Source: Candidatus Nanohaloarchaea archaeon
GTDB lineage: Archaea > Nanohalarchaeota > Nanosalinia > Nanosalinales > Nanosalinaceae
Direction of reading: 5' to 3'
Assembly: GCA_046539225.1 (NCBI GenBank)
Contig: JBKHHG010000007.1
Coordinates: forward strand, 1-24,348
DNA: 24,348 nt
Shown: one piece after another, positions 1 to 8,560 of the stretch
How positions within the stretch are numbered: position 1 is the first letter of the stretch
How the letters are laid out: every line of letters starts with the position of its first letter
The notes under the pieces: generated by a model
Told to the model about the DNA's origin: nothing
Database searches by the model: none
What the model saw: the letters and a program-made list of their open reading frames with translations, nothing else
Translations under genes and position numbers: made by a program

Positions 1-121
1 CAACTGAAAATTCTACTTCATCTTGAAAATAATCCTCAGAAGGCTCATCGATAGTAAGTGCAGAAACAGATCCGATCAGTAAGAATGTTAGTCCAAGCAG
101 TAGTAGGCCTCTAGATTTGAT
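1..121 (-). CDS. 5' part of a secreted or surface protein gene that runs off the window's left edge; apparent ATC start
   Basis: My translation of the minus strand from 121 is IKSRGLLLLGLTFLLIGSVSA-LTIDEPSEDYFQDEVEFSV: a basic N-region, a hydrophobic core, a VSA cleavage site and an acidic mature part. An in-frame TGA lies at 128-130, with no ATG/GTG/TTG between it and the signal peptide. Confidence 0.6.
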   Translation of the reverse strand, partial: MKSRGLLLLGLTFLLIGSVSALTIDEPSEDYFQDEVEFSV

Positions 122-162
122 GGTTAATCACTATGAACGGTTTGTTGACGGACATTTAAATT

Positions 163-1575
163 CTATTCCCGGGCGTCCTCGAACCTTTCGACCGCTTTTT
201 TCCTCTCCTCGTCGTGATCGATTATATGCCAGGGGTAATCTTCACCAATCATACAATCTGATTCATTCTGGGCAATCTGGCTCATTTCCTGAGGCCTGTG
301 AATGTATTCATTGGGAACATCTCTAAGTTCTGGAACCCATTCACGAATATACTTACCCGAGGGATCGTACTTTTCTCCCTGTTTCCAGGGATTGAAGACG
401 CGGAAGTAGGGCTGTGCGTCCGTCCCGATCGAATAGGCCCACTGGATCCCTCCGATCATCGAAGCCGTTTCTGCATCAACAAAGTTTCTGGAGAAGTATT
501 CGTGAAGATCTTTCCAGTTCAGCCAGAGGTCTTTACAGGCGAAAGAAGTGACGACCATTCTCAGCCTGTTATGCATCCATCCCGTCTTCTTCAACTGACG
601 CATTCCGGCGTCGACGAACGGAAAACCTGTCTTTCCATCGGTAAAGGCCTTCCAGTCATCCTTTGCTTCCTCTCTGCTTCGCCATTTAATGCTGCGGAAC
701 TGCTCCTGTAAGGCCTTTTCCCGGGACTCTGGAAAGTTGTAGAGCATCTGGAAGTAGAAGTCTCGCCACGCCAGTTCCTCCTGCCAGGTTTTAATCCCTG
801 AAGTATCTTCGTTCGGGTTCCTGGCTTTGATTCTCTCCGCTTCCCAGAAAAGTTCTCTAACACTGACAGCTCCAAACTTCAGGTGCGGAGAAAGTTTAGA
901 AGTAGAGTCTTTCCAGGCATAGTCTCGATCCTTGTCGTAACTCATTATCTTTTCCTTGAACTCCTCGAATTTTTCCTGGGCGCCTTCTCTACTCGGGTTC
1001 CAGCTCCAATCAAAGTTTTGAGGCCTTTCAAAGCCTAAATCCCTCAGCGAAGGAATCTCTTCGCTTTCAACTTCTGGAACCTCATATTTCTCGACTTCTT
1101 GAGGCCTCTCCTTATCTTTCTTGAACCATTTCTTGGCGTAATAGGTAAATGTCTGGTAAGGAGCGCCATCATTAGTTAAAATCTCATCTTTCTCGAACAT
1201 TACAAGATCCTTGAAGGATTCGATCTCTGCGTCGAGGCCTCTCACTTTTTCATCTCTTTCCCTCGCATACCCGGAGTAGTCGCGGTTGAAGTATACTTTT
1301 TCAGCACCTGTTTCTTCAACTATTTTTTGTAGCTCCTCGAATGGATCTCCTTTACGCACGACCAGGTTTTTCCCGTCTTCCTGCAAATCCTCCCGGAAGT
1401 TTTCCAGTGCATCGTGCCAGAACTTTACCCGGGGATAGCCTAAATCAGCTTTCTCAAAGTAGTTCTCATCGACCACGTAGAAAGGTATAACTTTGTCGTG
1501 TTCTTTCGAGGCCTCTACAAGCGCGGTGTTATCGTGTTCCCGCATCGATCTCCTGATCCAGGCGATCGCTACCAT
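163..1575 (-). CDS. phrB: Deoxyribodipyrimidine photolyase (class I CPD photolyase/cryptochrome family)
   Basis: N-terminal WIRRSMREHDNTAL; TSKLSPHLKFG; ELAWRDFY; GKTGFPFVDAGMRQL; GWMHNRLRM; FRVFNP; YIREWVPEL. Confidence 0.93.
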   Translation of the reverse strand: MVAIAWIRRSMREHDNTALVEASKEHDKVIPFYVVDENYFEKADLGYPRVKFWHDALENFREDLQEDGKNLVVRKGDPFEELQKIVEETGAEKVYFNRDYSGYARERDEKVRGLDAEIESFKDLVMFEKDEILTNDGAPYQTFTYYAKKWFKKDKERPQEVEKYEVPEVESEEIPSLRDLGFERPQNFDWSWNPSREGAQEKFEEFKEKIMSYDKDRDYAWKDSTSKLSPHLKFGAVSVRELFWEAERIKARNPNEDTSGIKTWQEELAWRDFYFQMLYNFPESREKALQEQFRSIKWRSREEAKDDWKAFTDGKTGFPFVDAGMRQLKKTGWMHNRLRMVVTSFACKDLWLNWKDLHEYFSRNFVDAETASMIGGIQWAYSIGTDAQPYFRVFNPWKQGEKYDPSGKYIREWVPELRDVPNEYIHRPQEMSQIAQNESDCMIGEDYPWHIIDHDEERKKAVERFEDARE

Positions 1576-1600
1576 GTGAAGTTTTTGAGGCCTTGTTCTT

Positions 1601-2260
1601 TTACTGGTTCTGGAAGTATTTGTCGAGTTTTTCTTTTCCTTCGGAGGGGCCTACCAGTATTATTTCGTCGCCTTCTTTGAGTATGGGGTCGTCGGATGCG
1701 TCGACGGTTTCGTCTTCTTTGAGTATTGTCGTGACTTTGAAGGCCTGAGGGAATTTGGAGTCGTTTTTCATCTGGTCGACGGTTGTTTCCATGAGACCGG
1801 AGTCTTCTTTTACTGATGCCTTCAGGATTTCCCGGTCGCCGGAAAGGTTGGAGAGTTTGACCAGGTAAGGATGTTCCACGGCCGATAAAAATTCGGAGAG
1901 CAGGAGGTCTGTGTGGCCTATTGTCTGGGCGCCGATTATTTCGAAGGCGTCGAAGTATTCGTCGTCTTCCAGTCTTGAGATGACTTTGGGGACTCCATAT
2001 TTTTTGGCGAGGCTGCATACGACCATGTTTTCGTTGTCGCCTTTCATGGTAGAGATCAGGATGTCCGCTTCTGTGATTCCTGCGTCTTCCAGTGCGGTCA
2101 GGGTGGCTGGCGATTTGTTTATGACTGTTGCACCGCTCGAGGAATAAAGCCTGTTGCATTTGTCTTCATTCTCTTCTACTACCACTACGTCGTGTCTTCC
2201 CTCAAGTCTTTCCACCAGTCTTCTTGAGAGAATGTTGATCCCTGCGATTATGACGTACAT
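1601..2260 (-). CDS. trkA: TrkA-family K+ uptake regulatory subunit (RCK-N plus RCK-C)
   Basis: LEDAGITEADILI, DNENMVVCSLAK.YGVPKVISR and ILKEGDEIILVG motifs; lies directly downstream of trkH. Confidence 0.88.
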   Translation of the reverse strand: MYVIIAGINILSRRLVERLEGRHDVVVVEENEDKCNRLYSSSGATVINKSPATLTALEDAGITEADILISTMKGDNENMVVCSLAKKYGVPKVISRLEDDEYFDAFEIIGAQTIGHTDLLLSEFLSAVEHPYLVKLSNLSGDREILKASVKEDSGLMETTVDQMKNDSKFPQAFKVTTILKEDETVDASDDPILKEGDEIILVGPSEGKEKLDKYFQNQ

Positions 2261-2263
2261 GGG

Positions 2264-3685
2264 TTAAGATGAGAGTACTTTCCTATTAAAGATTGCCAGA
2301 ACCGGCAGCATCTCCAGTCTCCCTGCTATCATTACAACTACCCAGACCATTTTTGCGGGGATCGAAAGGTTCACCATTTCAGCGCCTTCCATGTAGACCG
2401 GGCCCATGTTGCCGACGGCCGAGACAGTCCCGGAAAGCGCCCCCATAAACGAGACATCTTCCAGAAGCATCAGGAGGCCTGTAGCGGCGAACACCACGCC
2501 GATCCATGTAAATAACAGGACGCTGATGGTGTGGAGCATCGAGTTGTCAAGTATCTCTCCGTCGATCTTCACCTCGTTTATAGCGGTGCTTGGAAGCGAG
2601 TAACTCCTTAAACGGGTGCGGGTCAGCTCTATCAAGGCCTTGAGCCTGAATGTTTTGATGCCTCCGGAGGTCGAGCCGAGGGATCCTCCTACGAACATCA
2701 GGCCTATCAACATGAACTGTACAAACACCGAGAGAGACATTATGCTCATCGTGCCGTAGCCTGTGGATGAGAGCACCGAGGCAGACTGGAAAAGCGAGTC
2801 CAGAACGTTTCCGGCTGCAAGGCCTGAACGGGAGAGATCCAGGAAGATCAAAGCGGAGAACGCTACGAAAATCTTGATGTAGAGTCTGAACTCCGAGTTG
2901 TCGAAGATCGAGGAGTCAAGGTTCAAGGCCTTGTAGAGCAGCACAAAGTTGACACCGCCCAGGAGCATGAAGACAACGGTCACGGCCTGAATCGGGGTTC
3001 CGAAGGCTGCGATGCTTGCGCCGGTGGTGGAGAAACCTCCCGTTGATATGGCGGAGAATGCGTGGGCTACCGCGTTGAAAAAATTCATTCCAAGCATCGA
3101 GTAGGACGCGACCATGACACCGGTGATAAAGATGTAGACCTTCCAGAGCTCTATAATCGATTTCTTGAGTGAAGGCCTGATCGAGCCGGGATCGGTCTTA
3201 TGGGTTTCGGCGGAGAAAAGTTTTCTGGAGATACCGCCTGATTCCCTGATGACCGCGATGAAGAATGTAAGGACTCCGAGGCCTCCGACCCACTGCATCA
3301 ATGCCCTCCAGAAAAGCAGGGAAGGGTTCAAGGCCTGAGGCTCAAGGAACATTGAGATTCCCGTGGTTGTGAGGCCTGCGGTCGACTCAAAGACTGCGTT
3401 GGTGAGGCCTACCTCGACGAGGAACGGTATGGCTCCGAGGACTATCGCCAGGCTCCATCCCATCACGGTCGAGACCATTGCTTCGGATACGCTCGGCTCC
3501 TCGTAGTCTCCTATCCTGCCGAGCGAGACCCCGAGTATCAGCGATGCGATGGATGCGTAGAGAAAACCTGTCAACGCGAGGAACGATTCTCCATAGTAAA
3601 GGCCTACAGGGATTGGGAGGGCGATAACCGCTGTGAAGACCTTGAGGAAGCTTCCGAGTATTGCGGCCAGCACCTCTCCTCTCAT
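2264..3685 (-). CDS. trkH: TrkH-family K+ uptake membrane protein
   Basis: Polytopic membrane protein with four pore-loop glycine motifs (TTTG, STGG, STGY, NMGP), plus GGSLGSTSGGIK and MIAGRLE. Confidence 0.93.
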   Translation of the reverse strand: MRGEVLAAILGSFLKVFTAVIALPIPVGLYYGESFLALTGFLYASIASLILGVSLGRIGDYEEPSVSEAMVSTVMGWSLAIVLGAIPFLVEVGLTNAVFESTAGLTTTGISMFLEPQALNPSLLFWRALMQWVGGLGVLTFFIAVIRESGGISRKLFSAETHKTDPGSIRPSLKKSIIELWKVYIFITGVMVASYSMLGMNFFNAVAHAFSAISTGGFSTTGASIAAFGTPIQAVTVVFMLLGGVNFVLLYKALNLDSSIFDNSEFRLYIKIFVAFSALIFLDLSRSGLAAGNVLDSLFQSASVLSSTGYGTMSIMSLSVFVQFMLIGLMFVGGSLGSTSGGIKTFRLKALIELTRTRLRSYSLPSTAINEVKIDGEILDNSMLHTISVLLFTWIGVVFAATGLLMLLEDVSFMGALSGTVSAVGNMGPVYMEGAEMVNLSIPAKMVWVVVMIAGRLEMLPVLAIFNRKVLSS

Positions 3686-3781
3686 GTTTTTTACTCAGCG
3701 AGTCCGACATAAATAAGCTGCATGTTGAAAAAGATTTTTACCCAAGACTTTGATGTTCGGGAAACTGAGCGTGAACCTAAA

Positions 3782-4147
3782 ATGCAAATTAACATTGGTA
3801 CAGAGGACGGAGAAGTTTTTCAGGTAGAAACAGAAGCGGAAAACCTTGCAGGCAAACAGATCGGCGACAGCTTCAGCGGAGAGATTTTAGGCCTTGAAGG
3901 CTACGAACTCGAGATCACGGGGGGAAGTGACAGATCCGGGTTCCCGATGAGGCAGTCAATCAACGGCAGCGAAAGGGAACGGGTCCTTATCGAGGAAGGA
4001 TCCGGTGTAAGGCCTGAAGAAGACGGGGTCATGAAGAGAAAATCCGTCAGAGGCAACACTGTAAGCACCGAGATAGAGCAGCTTAACGCCAAAGTTGTCG
4101 AAGAAGGCAGCAAAAGCCTTGAAGAACTTCTAACCGAAGAAGAATGA
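3782..4147 (+). CDS. rps6e: 30S ribosomal protein S6e (eS6); start more likely the ATG at 3782 than 3722
   Basis: GYELEITGGSDRSGFPMR and RKSVRGN motifs; sits immediately upstream of aIF2-gamma, as is usual in archaea. Confidence 0.93.
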   Translation: MQINIGTEDGEVFQVETEAENLAGKQIGDSFSGEILGLEGYELEITGGSDRSGFPMRQSINGSERERVLIEEGSGVRPEEDGVMKRKSVRGNTVSTEIEQLNAKVVEEGSKSLEELLTEEE

Positions 4148-5328
4148 GCAAGATACCAGAAGTAAATATAGGCCTTGTAGGCCACGTAGACCATGGGAAG
4201 ACCACTTTAACACAGGCCTTGTCCGGCCAGTGGACGGACCGTCACAGCGAAGAACTCAAGAAAGGTATTACGATCAGACTCGGATACGCCGACGTAACAT
4301 ACTACAGAGACGAGGAAGGCCTGAACGTGGATGGAAACGGAGAAGTCGAACGCACAGTTTCTCTCGTGGATGCTCCAGGCCATGAAACCTTGATGGCCAA
4401 CGTTCTCTCCGGTTCAGCGATAATGGACGGCGCAATCCTAATGGTCGCTGCAAATGAAGAAGTTCCGCAGCCCCAGACCCATGAACACCTCGCAGTTCTG
4501 GACATGGCAGGAATAGAGAACATAATCATTGTACAGAACAAGATTGATCTCGTAGATGAGGAAGAGGCTAAGAAGAACTACGAGCAGATCAGGGAGTTTG
4601 TCGAGGGAACGGTCGCGGAAGACGCACCGATAATCCCTCTGTCAGCCCAGCATGAGGTCAATATCGACCTCTTGCTTGAAAAAATCGATGACGAGATCCC
4701 TACACCTGAAAGAGATGCCGAGGCCTCGCCGAAAATGCTTGTAGCGCGTTCATTCGACACCAACAAGCCTGGAACCTCTCCAGAAGACATGAGAGGTGGA
4801 GTAGTCGGCGGAAGCCTGACAAAAGGAAAGCTTGCTGTCGGAGACAAGATAGAGCTGAAGCCGGGCGTCAGAAAAGACGGGGAAAAATGGGAGACGGTTA
4901 AAACAGAGATTACAGGTATAATACAGGGAGATTCTCCTGTTGAAGAGGCGGTGCCTGGAGGCCTGATAGGTGTGGAAACAGAGCTGGATCCCTCAATGGT
5001 TAAATCGGACGGCCTGTCCGGGAACATTCTCGGTAAAGAAGGAGAACTCCCTGAGACAACCGAGGAGCTTGAACTTGACGTAGAACTGATGGACTCCCTG
5101 ATCGGGTCCGGAGAACAGGTAGAGATCGAGAACATTAAAGAGCACGAGGCCTTGATGGTTAACGTCGGCACAACAAAGTCCGCAGGCGTTGTAACCCAGG
5201 CAGGCAAAGACGTTAAAATCGATCTGAAGATGCCTGTATGCGCTGAAATCGGAGATAGAGCGGCTATAAGCCGTCAAATCGACTCTCGGTGGCGTTTAAT
5301 CGGCCACGGCAAAATCAAAGGTTTATAA
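4144..5328 (+). CDS. eif2g: Translation initiation factor 2 subunit gamma (aIF2-gamma)
   Basis: GHVDHGKTT, HSEELKKGITIRLGYA, DAPGHE, QPQT.EH, QNKID, SAQH, RSFD.NKPG and C-terminal RWRLIGHG. Confidence 0.97.
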   Translation: MSKIPEVNIGLVGHVDHGKTTLTQALSGQWTDRHSEELKKGITIRLGYADVTYYRDEEGLNVDGNGEVERTVSLVDAPGHETLMANVLSGSAIMDGAILMVAANEEVPQPQTHEHLAVLDMAGIENIIIVQNKIDLVDEEEAKKNYEQIREFVEGTVAEDAPIIPLSAQHEVNIDLLLEKIDDEIPTPERDAEASPKMLVARSFDTNKPGTSPEDMRGGVVGGSLTKGKLAVGDKIELKPGVRKDGEKWETVKTEITGIIQGDSPVEEAVPGGLIGVETELDPSMVKSDGLSGNILGKEGELPETTEELELDVELMDSLIGSGEQVEIENIKEHEALMVNVGTTKSAGVVTQAGKDVKIDLKMPVCAEIGDRAAISRQIDSRWRLIGHGKIKGL

Positions 5329-5367
5329 AAAGAGGGATCTCTACATTGATTGTAAGGTGGAACAACC

Positions 5368-6873
5368 TTGAGCCTTCTCTCCCAGTTAATAAATTTTGTA
5401 ACAGCAGAGAGCCTCGCGGTCCGGATATCGGTAACCCTTTTGATACTCGTACTGGGGCATCTCACGGTAAGAATCTACAGGAGAATAACTGAAAGAGTAT
5501 TCATAGAGGGAAAAGACTTCAACAGAAAACAGTTAAAGGCCTACAAGGACCGGATACAGTACTCAACCTACGCATTAAACGCAGGAATTATAGGCGCGGC
5601 TTTGTTCTACCTCAACGCCGACATAAGTAGAGAACTGTACACGGGAGTGGTTTCAGCCCTGCCAAACCTGTTCTCAATAATTTTAGTCGCCATACTTGGA
5701 ATAATAGGAGTCAACATCTTCACAAAACTTACAACAGACTTTTTCAAGACCGTAGGATTTGAAAAGTACATCCGGGACGCAGGAATCTCACGCGAAATCA
5801 CCCAGGTAGGCGAGATACTGTTCAAATCGGTTCTCTACCTATTAATCCTCCAGTTTATACTTGCACAGGCCGGTCTGGCGGAAAGCACAATGCAAGAGTT
5901 TGTAAGGGCCGCGGCCTGGTCGATCGCAGTACTGATCGCAGGCCTGATGTTCTACGGCTTCAAAGACCTTTTCCACAACCTGGCATCTGGAATGTACCTC
6001 AAGAACTCGAGAGCGGTCAGGCCTGGAGAACAGGTCCAGATAGATGGAGAGACCGGAGAGATCCAGAACGTCTCCCTTTTCTCCACCGAGATAAACACCC
6101 AGGACGGCTACACCTTGATGGCGCAAAACAGGGAAGTAGTAAGATCCAAGTTCAAGTTCAAGAGATCAAAAAGCGATATAGAAACGCTCGAAGAAATAAT
6201 CGACTACTTTGTAGCCGATAGAGAAGGATACAGCGGCCCAGCCTCAATCGAAATGGCGCTCGACATCCTTGGCTACAGTATAACACAGGAGGATATCGCA
6301 GAAAAAAGCCTTGAAGACGAAGAGATCCAGAGAGAGAAAATGATGGAAGCAGTAGAACAGATGACCGACGGAGACGTAAAAACCGCCTGGATCGAATCAG
6401 AATCAATCAGCGACCTTGAAGACGAGTTCAAGGCCTGGTTCAACGATGGAGGCCTGATAGTGCCGCGGTTCGAAAAATCCGAGATCTTCCCGGGCGAGGA
6501 AGAAGGAGAATACGCGCTTTCAGTAGGAGTGGAAGACGGAGAAGTCCTTGTAGTTGATCCAAGCCCTGAAAGCGGCGGGGTATACTACATCAACAAGGAC
6601 AGACTGACGAACGCGATCTCTGGACACGGCTACATAGTCTTCGCCCCGGAAGGAACACAGGCCTACTGGCGTATCAAGAAAGGCCTGATCTACTCCGATA
6701 AAAGCTACTACGACGAGCTCTCCAAGGCGCTTGAGAGCAAGCTTCGGAGGATTATGAGGCAGGGACGGATCCTGAAAGATGTGATGCCTGAAGAGGTTGA
6801 AAAGTACGCGGAGAACTGGCGTTCGGATGAGAAGATCTCAAGAGTCTGGAGGCCTGAACAGGTGGAAGAGTGA
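5368..6873 (+). CDS. MscS-family (CmpX-like) membrane protein fused to a C-terminal C39-peptidase-like domain that appears inactive
   Basis: About five TM helices, then an MscS beta-domain (GEQVQIDGETGEIQNVSLFSTEINTQDG). After that come GYSGPASIEMAL.ILG..ITQEDIAE and GEYALSVGVEDGEVLVVDP, which match the C39 pattern with Cys replaced by Ser and His by Glu. TTG start follows an AAGGTGG SD-like sequence. Confidence 0.75.
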   Translation: MSLLSQLINFVTAESLAVRISVTLLILVLGHLTVRIYRRITERVFIEGKDFNRKQLKAYKDRIQYSTYALNAGIIGAALFYLNADISRELYTGVVSALPNLFSIILVAILGIIGVNIFTKLTTDFFKTVGFEKYIRDAGISREITQVGEILFKSVLYLLILQFILAQAGLAESTMQEFVRAAAWSIAVLIAGLMFYGFKDLFHNLASGMYLKNSRAVRPGEQVQIDGETGEIQNVSLFSTEINTQDGYTLMAQNREVVRSKFKFKRSKSDIETLEEIIDYFVADREGYSGPASIEMALDILGYSITQEDIAEKSLEDEEIQREKMMEAVEQMTDGDVKTAWIESESISDLEDEFKAWFNDGGLIVPRFEKSEIFPGEEEGEYALSVGVEDGEVLVVDPSPESGGVYYINKDRLTNAISGHGYIVFAPEGTQAYWRIKKGLIYSDKSYYDELSKALESKLRRIMRQGRILKDVMPEEVEKYAENWRSDEKISRVWRPEQVEE

Positions 6874-7682
6874 AACTCCTTATAATTTCGGAGAACTCCC
6901 TGGAAAGATTCGAGGATTATTTTGAGGAGGTTGACAGGGCCCGGATCGATGAAGTGGCTCCAGAGGTGAGGGACAGGGGAAACGATATCAAGATCGAAGG
7001 CGAAAGCATCAGAAAATACGACTGCGTCTACACCGAGATACCCGGCAAAAACGCGGTCTTCGGCCGGGTACTGCTTGAAATGATTGAAGACGAGAGAATA
7101 CCTGTAAACCACTCATCCACAGGTTTCTTCGTATCGGCGAAGAAAAACTATCTCTACTACACACTCCACGAACAGAATATACCAGCCGCGAAGACCGCAA
7201 TCTTCTCGACAGAAAAGGCCTCAAGAAGCATCGAAAAACAGTTGAAAGGCCCTGTAGTCGGCAGAAAGTTCGAAAACCTTGAAGAAGTGGAGAACAGAAA
7301 GATCGACACCGTCGACAGCATAAGCGAGTTTGTAGAAGGAGCAGAATACCAGGAAGACCTCTTCATATTCCACGAACACAGGCCTGGAGACAAGATAAAG
7401 TGCCTTGTGATCGAAGACCAGGTTATAGGCCTTAGAGACGACTCTGAAGGCTGGAGGTTCAAGGATAAAAACCTTAAATACTCAAATATCTCCGATAGAA
7501 AAGAAGAGATCGTTAAAACCACCGCAAAAAAGATAGGAGCACCTATGGCCGAAGTAATGCTCAGGGGCGATAAAGTCTACGATGTAAACCCTAATCCAGA
7601 TCTCGAGCGGTACACCCAGCTCTCCGGCAAAAACGCCTTCGAAGCAGCAGCAGAAATGCTGAAACAGGAGGCCTCAAAATGA
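6870..7682 (+). CDS. RimK-like ATP-grasp fold protein, degenerate
   Basis: RimK-like layout (IPVN..S, KNYLYYTL.EQNIP..KT, GPVV, DVNPNP), but no K...GxxGxGV loop and no RxN motif. Confidence 0.65.
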   Translation: MKLLIISENSLERFEDYFEEVDRARIDEVAPEVRDRGNDIKIEGESIRKYDCVYTEIPGKNAVFGRVLLEMIEDERIPVNHSSTGFFVSAKKNYLYYTLHEQNIPAAKTAIFSTEKASRSIEKQLKGPVVGRKFENLEEVENRKIDTVDSISEFVEGAEYQEDLFIFHEHRPGDKIKCLVIEDQVIGLRDDSEGWRFKDKNLKYSNISDRKEEIVKTTAKKIGAPMAEVMLRGDKVYDVNPNPDLERYTQLSGKNAFEAAAEMLKQEASK

Positions 7683-8560
7683 AGCTCGCAGTAGTCTACG
7701 GAGAAATATCCACAAAGCACCAGTTAATAATGAAGAGAGCCGAGGAAATATTCGATAAAGTTCTTGGAGCCCCTGTAGACGGGCTGAAATTTATACACGG
7801 CGAAGAAGACCAGGTGCTCTACAAAGACACCGATCTAACAGAGTTCGACGCAGTATACATCCGTGTAGACGACAGAGATATGATGCTTGCCGAACATCTC
7901 GCCGAAATACTGAACAACAACGGCGTTGTGACACAGGCAGAAGACGACACATTTGCATACGACTCAAACAAGTTCTACAACATGAAAATACTGGCTGAAA
8001 ACGGGATAAACGTTCCTGACAGCGTCTACACTCTTTCACCAGACGTGGCAGTGAACGCAGCGGAAGATCTCGGCTACCCGGTGATAATGAAGACTATAAG
8101 AGGTGCTGGAGGCCAGGGAGTTATGAGAGCCAGCTCTGAAAACGAGTTAAAACCTGTAATGGACACGATGAAATCCTTTGAACAGGAGATATGCTTGCAG
8201 GAGTACGAAGAGCACAACGGCACCGATAAACGAGTTATAGTTATAGGAGACTTCGTTGAGGCCTACGGAAGATCAAGCAACGGAGACGACTGGAGATCAA
8301 ACATTTCAGCCGGAGGAGAGAGAACCGAAACAGAGTTGACGGATGAAATGCGTGAAAAGGCCTTGACCTCAGCCAGGTCTACCGGCTTCGATATCTGCGG
8401 CTGCGATATGATCGAGACAGATGAAGGCCTGTACATTCTCGAGGTTAACGCGGCTTTCGCCGTCAACGAGAAAATGAATGAGATAATAGGCAGAGACGTG
8501 ATACTGAAGATAGTGGAGAGAATGCATGAACGGGCCCAGGAAAAGAAGCGTCAGGCCTGA
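7679..8560 (+). CDS. RimK/LysX-family ATP-grasp ligase (alpha-L-glutamate ligase-like)
   Basis: NKFYNMKIL..NGINVP, YPVIMKTIRGAGGQGV, LQEY, DKRVIVIG, WRSNIS.GG, GCDMI and LEVN are all intact. Confidence 0.9.
   Translation: MKLAVVYGEISTKHQLIMKRAEEIFDKVLGAPVDGLKFIHGEEDQVLYKDTDLTEFDAVYIRVDDRDMMLAEHLAEILNNNGVVTQAEDDTFAYDSNKFYNMKILAENGINVPDSVYTLSPDVAVNAAEDLGYPVIMKTIRGAGGQGVMRASSENELKPVMDTMKSFEQEICLQEYEEHNGTDKRVIVIGDFVEAYGRSSNGDDWRSNISAGGERTETELTDEMREKALTSARSTGFDICGCDMIETDEGLYILEVNAAFAVNEKMNEIIGRDVILKIVERMHERAQEKKRQA

Noticed and set aside
1562..1569. Cyanobacterial HIP1 octamer GCGATCGC
   Set aside because: I noticed only this single copy, which is consistent with chance.
3722..3781. N-terminal extension of eS6
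   Set aside because: Similarity to eS6 starts at MQINIG (3782), and the upstream part is the divergent trkH/rps6e promoter region.
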